Origin: Octopus sinensis
Lineage: Eukaryota
Assembly (NCBI RefSeq): GCF_006345805.1
Contig: NC_043015.1
Span: 28,334,001-28,398,000 of the forward strand
Reading direction: 5' to 3'
DNA length: 64,000 nt
In this document: positions 51,180 to 63,390 of the stretch, piece after piece
Numbering within the stretch: the first letter of the stretch is position 1
How the letters are laid out: the number at the start of each line of letters is the position of its first letter
Translations under genes and position numbers: made by a program
Notes under the pieces: model-generated
Databases searched by the model: none
What the model was told of the DNA's origin: nothing
What the model saw: the letters and a program-made list of their open reading frames with translations, nothing else

Positions 51180-51790
51180 GGTGGTGAGCTGGAAGAATCG
51201 TTAGCACACCGGGCAAAATGCTTACCGGTTTTTCATCTGCCGTTACGTTCTGAGTTCAAATTCCGCCAAGGTCGACTTTGCCTGTCATCCTTTCGGGGTC
51301 AATAAATTAAGTACCAGTTATGCACTGGGGTCGATATAATCGACTTAATCTCTTTGTCTGTCCTTGTTTGTCCTCTCTGTGTTTAGCCCCTTGTGGGTAG
51401 TAAAGAAATAGGTATTTCGTCTGCTGTTATGTTCTGAGTTCAAATTCCACCGAGGTCGACTTTGCCTTTCATCCTTTCGGGGTCGATAAATTAAGTACCA
51501 GTTACGCACTGGGGTCAATGTAATCGACTTAATCCGATTGTCTGCCCTTGTTTGTCTCCTCTGTGTTTAGCCCCTTGTGGGCAATAAAGAAATAAGAATC
51601 GTTAGCACCCCGGGCAAAACACGTAGCAGCATTTTGTCTGTCTTTACATTCTGAGTTCAAATATCACTGTGGTTGACTTTGCCTTTCTTCCTTTCAGGGT
51701 CGATAAAATAAGTACCAGTGAAACACTGGGGTCGACATAATTGACTAACCCTTCCTGCTAAAATTTCAGGCCTTGTGCCTATAGAAGGGA
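51180..51790 (+). mobile_element. SINE-A dimer plus older A-related copy
   Basis: Two A bodies then aagaatcgttagcac..aaatttcaggccttgtgcctatag. Confidence 0.8.
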
Positions 51791-51871
51791 AGATTATTAA
51801 GCTGATGTACACTTGTAGAATTGTTTACGCTCTGGGTAAAATGCTTAAGGGCATTTCATCTCTCATTACCT

Positions 51872-53044
51872 ATTTCTTTACTACCCACAAGGGGCTAAAC
51901 ATAGAGGGGAAAAGCAAGGACAGACAAATGGAGTAAGTCGATTATATCGACGCCAGTGCGTAACTGGTACTTAATTTATCGACCCCGAAAGGATGAAAGG
52001 CAAAGTCGACCTCGGCGGAATTTGAACTCAGAATGTAGCGGCAGATGAAATACCTATTTCTATTTCTTTACTACCCACAAGGGGCTAAACTCAGAGAGGA
52101 CAAACAAGGACAGACAGACGGATTAAGTCGATTCCATCGACTCCAGTGCGTAACTGGTACTTAATTTATCGACCCCGAAAGGATGAAAGGCAAAGTCGAC
52201 CTCGGCGGAATTTGAACTCAGAATGTAGCGCAGATGAAATACCTATTTCTATTTCTTTATTACCCACAAGGGGCTAAACTCAGAGAGGACAAACAAGGAG
52301 ACATAGGTATTAAGTCGATTACATCGACCCCCAGTGCGTAACGTTACTTTATTTATCGACCCCGAAAGATGAAAGGCAAAGTCGACCTCGGCGGAATTTG
52401 AACTCAGAATGTAGCGGCAGATGAAATACCTATTTCTATTTCTTTTTACCCACAAGGGGCTAAACTCAGAGAGGACAAACAAGGACAGACATAGGTTTAG
52501 TCGATTACATCGACCCCCATGCGTAACTGTTACTTTATTTATCGACCCCGAAAGGATGAAAGGCAATCGACCTCGGCGGAATTTGAACTCAGAATGTAGC
52601 GGCAGATGAAATACCTATTTCTATTTCTTTATTACCCACAAGGGGCTAAACTCAGAGAGGACAAACAAGGACAGACATAGGTATTAAGTCGATTACATCG
52701 ACCCCCAGTGCGTAACTGTTACTTTATTTATCGACCCCGAAAGGATGAAAGGCAAAGTCGACCTCGGCGGAATTTGAACTCAGAATGTAGCGGCAGATGA
52801 AATACCTATTTCTATTTCTTTATTACCCACAAGGGGCTAAACTCAGAGAGGACAAACAAGGACAGACATAGGTATTAAGTCGATTACATCGACCCCCAGT
52901 GCGTAACTGTTACTTTATTTATCGACCCCGAAAGGATGAAAGGCAAAGTCGACCTCGGCGGAATTTGATCTCAGAACATAACGGCAGACGAAATACGGTG
53001 ATGCACTTCGCCGAGAGTGCTAACGTTTCTGCCAGCTCGTTGCC
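51872..53044 (-). mobile_element. SINE-A hexamer (one head, six bodies)
   Basis: Units start near 51868, 52053, 52241, 52428, 52614, 52804; 17-bp TSD ttcatctctcattacct at 51855-51871 and 53045-53061. Confidence 0.9.
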
Positions 53045-53805
53045 TTCATCTCTCATTACCTTCTGTATTTAAACGTCATAGAGGCTGACTTTGCCTTTCA
53101 TCCTTTCAGGGTTGATGAAATAAATATCACTTGAGCACTAGAGTTGATATAATCGACTGGCTTCCACCCTTAAAATTTTGAGCCTTGTGCCTATAGTAGA
53201 AAGCCTTATTAAGCTCATTTTTGGGACATAAATTAACACAAAATTTTGATGGAAGTTTTAATTTATATTACTTCAAAACTGGAAGCGTGGATCATACAAC
53301 CAGAGACAGTCCCAGATAGCTTGATATATAAAAAGGTTGAACAGAGTAAGGTGTGGTTTGAGAGAAATTTGGCTGCAATTTCTAGCAAGTCATGTGATCC
53401 TGGTTAGTAACTCATTGGTTTTTCACATTATCATTTTGACATTGGAGGACGTTTATGAAAGTCTCGTGAGAGTGTGGTGTGTGAGGTGGCTGGGTTGTGT
53501 GGATGACATGTGTGGGAGGTTAAGAAGGGAAGATGTGTGGTGTCATCTGCAAAGGAGAGAGAGTGCATGCATGCACGTGCACGCATGTGTGTGGTTACAA
53601 GTAGCAGGAAATAGGTCATTAATGCAGAGAAGGAAGAAGTGATGAAGGTTGAGGAGCCAAAGAGAATCATGCCAGTGCACTCTGCGATGGAACTTAACTT
53701 ACAGCTGAACAGATTAGCCAGGTTTGCTCACCAGATTTTTATAATGTGGTTTCTGTGTATGTCACCTTAGTGTCGTGCACTAATACAGTATGACAGTACC
53801 TATTT

Positions 53806-53999
53806 CTTTACTACCCACAAGGGGCTAAACACAGAGGGGACAAACAAGGACAGACATAGGTATTAAGTCGATTACATCGACCCCAGTACGTAACTGGTAC
53901 TTTATTTATCGACCCCTGAAAGGATGAAAGGCAAAGTCGACCTCGGCGGAATTTGAACTCACAACGCTAAGCATTTCGCCCGGCGTGCTAACGTTTCTG
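53806..53999 (-). mobile_element. SINE-A, 5'-truncated
   Basis: Reverse complement of the A body. Confidence 0.85.
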
Positions 54000-54210
54000 C
54001 CCCCAGAACGGGGTAGACACTCTGCCAAATACTCTGCCAACGATGGTAACCAATCCAAAACAACTCCCAACAATTTCCTATGACTCCACGAACTCACGAA
54101 CAGCAGCTTTTGACTTCCTGCGATTTCTCATCTTTCGCTCTCAGTCAAACGTGCTGCTACTTATATGAGTTTGGCTTGTCCATTCTCAAAGAGGGTGTCA
54201 TGATTCTTAC

Positions 54211-54291
54211 CATTACAAAGGTCTAGTTGAAGCCTCTGCAGACACTGAGAACAACAAGATTGCTTTTGCTGAAATTCCAAAGGGCCAGAGA
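54211..54291 (-). other. Candidate exon ending in ATG
   Basis: cctgttctctatcag| ... gtaATG|gtaaga; in-frame TAG upstream of the ATG. Confidence 0.3.
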
Positions 54292-54407
54292 CTGATAGAG
54301 AACAGGTTTTCAGGTCGCGGTCTTAAAGTGACGAAAACATTTTGACAAATTAAACTTAAATGTTGAAGTGAATCGAACGGCTTTTGTGTGTTTCTTAAAT
54401 GGCTTAC

Positions 54408-54511
54408 AAACACCTTCGATGCTGCAATTGTTTTCGCTTCAGCACACGATCTCAGATCAAATCACTTGCTATGCAAGTACATCTCCGTAAATCTCAGTAG
54501 ATTTGGTTCTA
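54408..54511 (-). other. Candidate non-coding (5' UTR) exon
   Basis: ttttaatttcag| ... ttt|gtaagc; stops in all three frames. Confidence 0.3.
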
Positions 54512-54949
54512 CTGAAATTAAAAGCAATCACTGTAAAGGCAGAGTGAGAGCCAGTGCTGTACAAATGGTGTTTATTGTTGAGAAGTGTGAAGCACAAAAA
54601 ATACTTAGTGGCTGGATTTAGAAAGAATAGATCAATTTATCTGGTGCTAATTGGATTAACTGAAGGAATTACTAATTGTATTGACCAAAAAAAAAAAAAA
54701 GAAAAGAAAATAGACAATGTAAAAAGACTAAAACAAATATGCTTTAAGAGTATGTATTGATCTAAAAAAATATATGCTTTTGATATTATTGATCACTGTA
54801 TGTTACATGTTAAATTGAAAAGATTTGGTGTCAGAGGTGTTGCATAATTGTCTGAGAAGGTATTTTAAGCGGTAGACAACAGTTTGTAAAGGATGGTGAA
54901 CATAAGTCATCTTGTATAAATATTATAGAATCTTTACCAATGTCGCTTC

Positions 54950-55200
54950 ACTGGCACCTGTGCCAGTGGCACGTGTAAAAAGATTTGAGCGAGGTCATTG
55001 TCAGTACTGCCTGACTGGCCCCCGTGCCGGTGGCACGTAAAAAAGCACCCAATACACTCTCAAGTGGTTGGCGTTAGGAAGGTCATCCAGCTGTAGAAAC
55101 TCTGCCAGATCAAGATTGGAGCCTGGTACAGCCATCTGGTTTGCCAGCCCTCCGTCAAAATCATCCAACCCATGCTAGCATGAAAAGCGGACGTTAAACG
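54950..55200 (+). mobile_element. Family C
   Basis: Ends gcggacgttaaacg. Confidence 0.8.
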
Positions 55201-55463
55201 GACAGGCATGGCAGTGTGGTAGGAAGTTTGTGTCCTAACTACATGGATTTGGATTCAGTGCCACTGTGTGGCACGGTGGTCTTATGTCTTCTACTGTAAC
55301 CCCGGGTCAACTAATACCTTGTGAGAGTATTCTGCATATCCATGTACTTGTGTGTTCGTGTTTGAGTTTGTGTGTCTGTATGTGTGTGTGTGTGTGCACC
55401 TCTGTCTCCTTGTGTTTGTGTATGGGTTTGGGTTTGTATGGGTTTGTGTGACTATATAAACCG

Positions 55464-55695
55464 TGGTGGCAAGCTGGCAGAAACGTTAGCACGCTGGACG
55501 AAAAGCGTAGCCGTATTTCGCCTGCCATTACGTTCTGAGTTCAAATTCAGCTGAGGTCGACTTTACCTTCCATCCTTTCGGGGTTGATAAATTAATTACT
55601 TGTTACGCACTGGGGTCGATGCAATCGACTTAATCCCTTTGTCTGTCCTTGTTTGTCCTCTCTATGTTTAGCCTCTTGTGAGAATAAAGAAATAT
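55464..55695 (+). mobile_element. SINE-A
   Basis: Head plus body. Confidence 0.85.
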
Positions 55696-56431
55696 ATATA
55701 AACCGTGGAATTGTAGTATGACACCTTCTATATTATATATATGTCCTATTTAGTACTGTGGATGTTTCAGTTGTATTTGTTAAATTTGAATTGCTATTTG
55801 GAGTGTCACACCTACAAAAGCATTTGACAATCATTACATACACTGCAAAAGCGTGTCATAAACGACAGTTGTGTCATAAATGTATGTCGTAAATGACAAT
55901 GTAGGCCATTAAGAATGCACCTACAAGCTGTTTTTAATATCACATACCGTAAATTTTATGAATTGTGTAGGCTTTAGTAGTTTGCAAATAATGTTGAACT
56001 CCATTTGCTACCAACTTGCTTGAGATCATTCTTCGTTCGACAAAACAAGCTTCTTGTTTGAAAAGCGATGTAAATTAAAACTTTCCTACAAAATTTCAGG
56101 CGTGGCTGTGTGGTAAGAATCTTACTTCACAGCTACATAGAGGCTGTCTTCATCCTCTTTGGGATGTGAAGGTGACGGGTTCGTAGTAGGTTAGGAGTCA
56201 GACAGGTTTACTATGCCTTGGAATATGATGCGCTATTTTGCGTCCTCAGAAATTGGCATAGATCCTTCAATTATCATCATCTTCATCATCCTCATCGTTC
56301 AATATCCACCTTTTCCATGCTTGCATGGTTCAGACAGAATTTGTCAAGGTAGATTTTCAACAGGTAGATGCCCTACCTGTCACCAACCCTCACCTGTTTC
56401 CGAGCAAGGCAATGTATTCCATCCTTATAGC

Positions 56432-56845
56432 CTAAGTTAAGTTAAGTTAATTTTTTGGCTCAAAAAGCAAAAAGCAAGGCCATGTAGGGGGACATGGAGT
56501 TATGTACAGAGAGGGTGTTCATGCAAAGAGTTCAGGCCATTTCTGCTCAAGAGAGACTTTGAACCGAGTGGTCGTCGGCATCTTCACTATCTCGTCCGGC
56601 AGCTTATTCCAAGGATCTGCAACCCGGACGGAGAAAGCCCCTCTCCTTCCATTCAGATGAAATCGTCGCAGATAGAGCTTTTCGGAGTGACCCCGCAGCT
56701 GACACTCTGGAGCAGGAGTCAAGAACAGCTCTTTCGAGAGGTTACACTTTCTGCTTATGATGTTGTGAGCGAGAATGAGATCACCACGGCGGCGGCGTTT
56801 TTCTAGAGAATAAAGGTTGAGCGTCTTCAGCCTAACATGGACAAT
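56432..56845 (-). mobile_element. CR1-type LINE 3' fragment, second family
   Basis: RLKTLNLYSLEKRRRRGDLILAHNI...RGHSEKL...FSVRVADPWNKLPDE*; (TAACT)n tail. Confidence 0.88.
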
Positions 56846-57420
56846 TGGAACAGGACAACATCACTAGTTTAATGCATAATCTAGCTTGTGGGAGTTGTGG
56901 GATACCTTCAGAACTGGTTAGGCTTGTCTTTCTGCAGAGTGTGCGTGTGCGTGTGTGGTTTTGTCAGGTGTATGTGAATTGAATATCTTCTATTGTTATC
57001 AGTTGTTAACCATCCACTGTCAGCCCATGTGCCTGGTTGATCAACCTTTGTATTCCATGGTCATATTTCATAGTATTCAGAGCATGTCAAACATGCTAAA
57101 AAGCATGTTAGATTGCTGCTCTCTTTTTCTGCTGATAAATAATACTTATCTATAGAACTATAATTACTTTTATATTATTAATATTGATTGGTTTTAATTG
57201 GCATCTCCATGCTGAATGGATATCTATGAAAGAGTACCTTGATGTGATTTTAGCATGAGAAAGTAGGTTAAAGATTCTAAAAGAAAGTCCAATTTTGCAA
57301 ATATTGTTTCATAATAACCTATGTCTATGTAGGTCTCCTGTGTATTTGTGTCTATGTAGACAGATACACACAAATGTGTATGCATGCACATTTGTGTATG
57401 TATGTATGTGCATGCATATA

Positions 57421-57632
57421 ATACTCTTTTACTCTTTTACTTGTTTCAGTCATTTGACTGCGGCCATGCTGGAGCACCGCCTTTAGTCGAGCAAATCGAC
57501 CCCGGGACTTATTCTTTGTAAGCCCAGTACTTATTCTATCGGTCTCTTTTGCCGAACCGCTAAGTAACGGGGACGTAAACACACCAGCATCGGTTATCAA
57601 GCAATGCTAGGGGGACAAACACAGACACACAA

Positions 57633-57665
<33 letters not shown>

Positions 57666-57790
57666 CATATATACGACGGGCTTCTTTCAGTTTCCGTCTA
57701 CCAAATCTACTCACAAGGCTTTGGTCAGCCCGAGGCTATAGTAGAAGACACTTCCGGGACTGAACCCGGAATCATGTGGTTGGTAAGCAA
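57421..57790 (-). mobile_element. SINE-B
   Basis: Matches B consensus with a short internal deletion. Confidence 0.85.
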
Positions 57791-57937
57791 GCTACTTACC
57801 ACACAGCTACTCTGTGAGTGTAGTGGGTGCTTTTTATGTGTCACTGACACGGATGCCAGTCAAGGCGGCGCTGGCATCAGCCACGTTCGGATGATGCTTT
57901 TTATGTGCCACTGGCATGGGTATCACAACTACAATTT

Positions 57938-58060
57938 CCATTTGTGGTGCAGCGGATGGCGTGCTAGACTTCTAATTCAGAGGATGTAGGTTCGAATCAC
58001 AAACGGCGGTGCATCAGCATGGCCGCAGCTCTGAGCTGAAACTAAAAAAAGAAAGAAAAA
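57938..58060 (+). pseudogene. tRNA-Arg(TCT)-derived pseudogene or short SINE with a B-like tail
   Basis: tgtggtgcagcggatggcgtgctagacTTCTaattcagagg..ggttcgaatc; anticodon TCT at 57971-57973; anticodon and T stems mismatched; followed by ggcggtgcatcagcatggccgcag. Confidence 0.7.
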
Positions 58061-58089
58061 AAGGAAAAAAGAAAAAAAATATATATATT

Positions 58090-58492
58090 TGAGTGGCTGA
58101 GTGGTAAGTAGCTTGTTTACCAACCACATGGTTCCGGGTTCAGTCCCACTGCGTGGCACCTTGGGCAAGTGTCTCCTACTATAGCCTCGGGCCGACCAAA
58201 GCGTTGTGAGTGGATTTGGTAGACGGAAACTGAAAGAAGCCCGTCGTATATATGTATATATATATATATAATGCCGTGTGTGTTTTTGTATGTCTGTGTT
58301 TGTCTCCCTAGCATTGCTTGACAACCGATGCTGTATGTTTATGTCCCCGTTACTTAGCGGTTCGGCAAAAGAGCCGATAGAATAAGTACTGGGCTTACAA
58401 AAGAATAAGTCCCGGGTCGAGTTGCTCGACTAAAGGCGGTGCTCCAGCATGCCGCAGTCAAATGACTGAAACAAGTAAAAGAGTAAAAAGAG

Positions 58493-58495
<3 letters not shown>
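58090..58495 (+). mobile_element. SINE-B
   Basis: Matches B consensus. Confidence 0.85.
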
Positions 58496-58532
<37 letters not shown>

Positions 58533-58776
58533 TATATATATATGTGTGTGTAGATAAAAAAGATAGGTGACTGATAGCTTGAAGAGATTAAAAAGTCTTG
58601 CATTCATTAATCTTTCTGTAACTGCTCATTGAAGGGTGTCGTGTTACCACCTGTTTACCTTTTGATAACTTCTATTCAGACTTAAACTTTGTGTGTGTGT
58701 TATGTTGTTTCACTTTCTCTCTCCTCCCCTCCTCTCTCCCTCTCCCCCCCCCTCCAGTCTCATTCCCCCCCTCTGG

Positions 58777-58822
<46 letters not shown>

Positions 58823-58928
58823 TCTTCCCACTGCCATTTTCTTTTCTCTCACTAAGTGGAGCTATTGAAGTCAGAAACAATTAGATTCTTCTGCTCCTTC
58901 GATTTTTCTTCTTCTTCACTCTGCTCAG

Positions 58929-58957
58929 GTCACTCTGAGATAAAACAAGTGTTTAAG
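58929..58957 (+). other. Candidate exon or 3' end of a first exon
   Basis: Long pyrimidine tract ending ctgctcag|, donor tttaag|gtaagt; one frame reads HSEIKQVFK. Confidence 0.35.
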
Positions 58958-59206
58958 GTAAGTGAACCTAACTTTGTTTTTATATTAGGTTTCAATCAAT
59001 AGTTTCTTTTTTGTTTTTTGCTTTAGAGCTGTTGTTCTCAACTTGCGTTCATATATAACCCTCGGAGGTTCATATAAGATTTTCTTGTTAAAATTTATTT
59101 GCTATAAATTGCTTGTACTTCTACAATACACAAAATAATATGATTTTTTTCTTATACAATTCATAATGATATTTAATTATAAAATTACATTTAGATTTTT
59201 TTTGTA

Positions 59207-59714
59207 CCATAAATCCTCGAGTATAATCCGCACTTTTTTCCCCCAAATTTAAAGGACAAAATCCCTAGTGCATACTATATACGAGGTTAAAAATGAAAAA
59301 TATTTTCTAAGCATGTCCAAGTCTCTATTTGCTGTCTGCAATGTTTATTCAGACGCATTTTTGATGTCGGGCGCAAAATACTTCAAGCTAAGCCTGAAAG
59401 CAATGAAGTCATAAAAGAATCATCCATAACTTGCAGTAAGCAACATTTATTAAACGTTATTACTGTTATTTTTCTTTTCTCTGCAAACAAAATGCACAAA
59501 AAAGCTACACGTTTGCATTATGCTATATATACAATAATAATAAAGGACATTTACATATACATTTTTACAAACCAAAGACATTATATAGACCTCCTGACTC
59601 AAGTTAGAGAAGGGTTGCATATCATACACAAGGTTTAGGTTTTTCAGAGGTACAGCCCCCTAAAAATCCCCTGCGTCTTATACTCAAGGGTGGACTATAC
59701 TCGAGGATTTACGG
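59207..59714. mobile_element. pogo/Tigger-type MITE
   Basis: TA|ccataaatcctcgagtataatccgc ... gtggactatactcgaggatttacgg|TA. Confidence 0.85.
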
Positions 59715-59968
59715 TATTCATCAAATATCTACAGAGGTCCAGTAATGGAAAATAGGGATCGAAGGGGCCCATAGGCAAAAAGTAGCTGAGAACTACTGCT
59801 TTAGATAGTTAGGACTGGCAAGATCATTAAAGTGTCAAAGAGAATGTCTTGAGATATTTATTTCAGTTCTTTGCAATCTGAGTTCATATCCTGCTGAGAT
59901 TTTCTCTACCTTTCATCCCACCAGGGTCAATAAGATAGGGTGTCAGTCAGGAACTGGGGTCAGTTTGA

Positions 59969-60601
59969 CCCTCTAGTATTCAGATAATGCTGTCAAATTT
60001 AATGCTTATTTATTCACATTGTTTTGAATTAATCAGGCATTACCTTGGAACTTTAATGGTATTACTCTCTTTTTACTCTTTTACTCTTTTACTTGTTTCA
60101 GTCAGTTGACTGCGGCCATGCTGGAGCACCGCCTTTAGTCGAGCAAATCGACTCCGGGACTTATTCTTTTTGTAAGCCTAGCACTTATTCTATCGGATCT
60201 CTTTTGCCGAACCACTAAGTGACGGGGACGTAAACACACCAGCATTGGTTGTCAAGCAATGCTAGGGGGACAAACACAGACACACATACACACACACACG
60301 CATATATATACATATATACGACGGGCTTCTTTCAGTTTCCGTCTACCAAATCCACTCACAAGGCATTGGTCGACCCAGGGCTATAGTAGAAGACACTTGC
60401 CCAAGATTCCATGCAGTGAGACTGAACCCGGGACCATGTGGTTGGTTAGCAAGCTACTTACCACACAGCCACTCCTGCGCCTATGAGTGTTAATTTTTAG
60501 AATGACATTGTAAAGCAGGTGTAAAATGCTGGATCTGGCTGCTTTGAGCATTAAACAGGTAGAATATTCTGGTTGGATATGGCCAGTTTAAATGCTAAAG
60601 G
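59969..60601. mobile_element. piggyBac-type MITE family 2 with SINE-B insertion (60064-60484, minus)
   Basis: Halves colinear with 50205-50417. Confidence 0.75.
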
Positions 60602-61074
60602 ACCAACCCTGGTTGCCCAAATTCCTGTAGGACAAAATTGTCTAATTATCTGCTTTAATTCTCATCTCATCTTATTCCTGACACCTGTTTGCCTGTTTCG
60701 CTCCCAGTTTTTTTTCTCTTTTCTCTCCCTCTTTGTGTTCTAAGCTAGAAGTTCTACAACTGAATAAAATTTTATTTTTGTACCATTCCAAACTTCTTTA
60801 TGAATGCAAAGGTAAAATAGAATTTGTATCTGCATAATTCTTCTTCATTTGCCACAGCGTTTAACCAGTTTAAAACTGTTAAAAGCATCGCAATTTTGAG
60901 AATACGGAAATGTGCATACCCTGTTTATTAGTCCTCACAGGTTCATCCCATCTCTATGAGAAATAATGGTCTATGCTAACCATTCACTCTGTCTGAGATG
61001 ATATTGCAGATGATGAAAATTTACCTATAGTTAGAAGCTCTTGAGAGTGGGCAAAGCAAATCATCAATATATAT

Positions 61075-61432
61075 ATCATCATCATCATCATCATCATTGT
61101 TTAACGTCCGTTTTCCGCGCTAGCACGGGTTGGACGGTTCGACTGGGGTCTGGGAAGCCAGGGGCTGCACCAGGCTCCAGTCTGATCTGGCAGAGCTTCT
61201 ACAGCTGGATGCCCTTCCTAATGCCAACCACTCCGCGAGTGTAGTGGGTCCTTTTTACGTGCCACCTGCACAGGTGCCAGGGGTGTCCGGCATCGCCCAC
61301 GATCGGTTGGAGCTTTTAACGTGCCACTGGCATGGAAGCGAGCTAAGGCGGCGCTGGCAACGGCCACGTTCGGATGGTGCTTTTTATGTGCCACCGGCAC
61401 AGAAGCCAGTCGGGGCGGCGCTGGCATCAGCC
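61075..61432 (-). mobile_element. Family C
   Basis: (CAT)n tail and C body. Confidence 0.85.
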
Positions 61433-61569
61433 ATATATATATATATACGTCTGTATATATATATATGTATATATGTAAATATACTTTATTTAAAAGCAGC
61501 AGAAATATAAAAGCTGTTATTCAGAGTTTTCTGTTCGTTGGACAGGTTTTGTTGAAATATATGTGTGTG

Positions 61570-61607
<38 letters not shown>

Positions 61608-62049
61608 CATACACACACAATACAGATATATGTATATATAACTTGTTGGAAGAAACATCAGTGCACTATGGAAACTCAAGAGTAACTGCATTGATTGTAA
61701 TATATACACCATTCATAATATAACTCATTGGGAGTGGTTTTGGTTTTATAAGGAGAGCTGTGCCATAGTTTGATTTTTACCAAACATTGCATCAGATATC
61801 ATGAGTGGGATAATGTTTATACTTACATGTGCCTTAGTAAATTTTGCAATCCATCTCTTCACAGGCCTTGACCTGTACCAGAATTTGATCACTTTAGAAG
61901 AATTTATATGGCGTAGCAGAAAACTAGGCCTGTTTGTTTGTGTGTGTATAGAGTGTGTATTGTGTGTGTGTATGAGAGAGAGAGAGAGAGAGAGAGTCGA
62001 GATAGAGAGAGAGAGAAGAAGAGAGAGTGAGTGAGTGAGTGAGAGTATC

Positions 62050-62478
62050 TCTTTACTCTTTTACTTGTTTCATCTCAGTCAGTTTTGACTTGTGGCCATC
62101 TGGGCAACCGCCTTTAATATAATCAGCACTCGACCCCGGGACTTATTCTTTTGTAAGCCCATACTTATTCTATCGGTCTCTTTTGCCGAACCGCTAAGTA
62201 ACGGGGACATAAACACACCAGCATCGGTTGCAAGCAATTCTAGGGGGACAAACAACAGACACACAAAAACACAACCACCCTATAATATATATATAGATAT
62301 ATATACGGGCTGCGGGCTTCTTTCAGTTTCTGTATACCAAATCCACTCACAAGGCTTTGGTCGGCGTCCGAGGTTATAGTAGAAGACACTTGCCCAAGGT
62401 GCCACGCAGTGGGACTGAACCCAGAACCATGTGGTTGGTAAGCAAGCTACTTACCACACAGCCACTCCTGCGCCTATA
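62050..62478 (-). mobile_element. SINE-B (a second older 3' part follows to about 62740)
   Basis: Matches B consensus. Confidence 0.8.
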
Positions 62479-62816
62479 TATCTGTTCTTTTATTTTCTTA
62501 CTTGTTTCAATCATTTGACTGTAGCCATGCTGGAGCACTGTTTTACAGAGTTTTTTTTTAGTTGAAGAAATTGACCCTGAGACTTTTTTTTTGTAAGCCT
62601 AGTACTTATTCTATCATTCTCTTTTGCTGAACTGCTGAGTTATGGGAACGTAAACAAACTGACATAGGTTGTCAAGTGACAGTGGGTGTTGGTGGGCAAA
62701 CACAAAGATGCACACATAAATATATATACATACATATATAAATATATATATTGTTTCTTGAATAAGAATAGGGTGGAGGAAGTTCAGAGAGCTATTACCC
62801 CTATTGGCAACGAAAG

Positions 62817-62833
<17 letters not shown>

Positions 62834-62853
<20 letters not shown>

Positions 62854-63145
62854 AGGGAAAGGTAGACTGTATGATGCTCCATGGTAGAGAGACCTGAGCT
62901 CTGAATACAGAAGGCATGCGTAGACTGGAAAGAAATGAAGGCAGTATGCTCTGTTGGATGTGCAGCATCAGTGCACATGTACGACAAAGTGCAAATGTAT
63001 TGAGGGAAAAGTTGGGCATAAGAAGAATCAAATGCAGCATGCAAGAGAGAAGACTACGTTGGTTTGGACATGTGATGCGTATGAATGAGGACAGCTGCAT
63101 GAAGAAGTGCCGATCACTGAAAGTGGATGGTACCTGTGGAAGAAG

Positions 63146-63148
<3 letters not shown>
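62834..63148 (+). mobile_element. RTE LINE RT C-terminal fragment
   Basis: MRRLERNEGSMLCWMC...LREKLGIRRIKCSMQERRLRWFGHVMRMNEDSCMKKCRSLKVDGTCGR; RRLRWFGHV is typical of RTE. Confidence 0.88.
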
Positions 63149-63182
<34 letters not shown>

Positions 63183-63346
63183 GCACACAAAACAGGCTTC
63201 TCTCAGTTTTTGTCTCCCAAATACACTTACAAAGCTTTGGTTGGTCTGAGGCTATAGTAGAAAACACTTGCCCAAGGTGCCACACAGTAGGACTGAACCC
63301 GGAACCATATATTTGGGAAGCAAGATTCTTATCACACAGCCACACC

Positions 63347-63390
<44 letters not shown>

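Noticed and set aside
52053-52240. Hammerhead or HDV-like ribozyme in the SINE-A unit
   Set aside because: No CUGANGA...GAAA core with proper stems found by eye on either strand; a covariance search is still needed
57938-58008. Functional tRNA-Arg gene
   Set aside because: Anticodon, T and acceptor stems have mismatches; fused to a SINE tail
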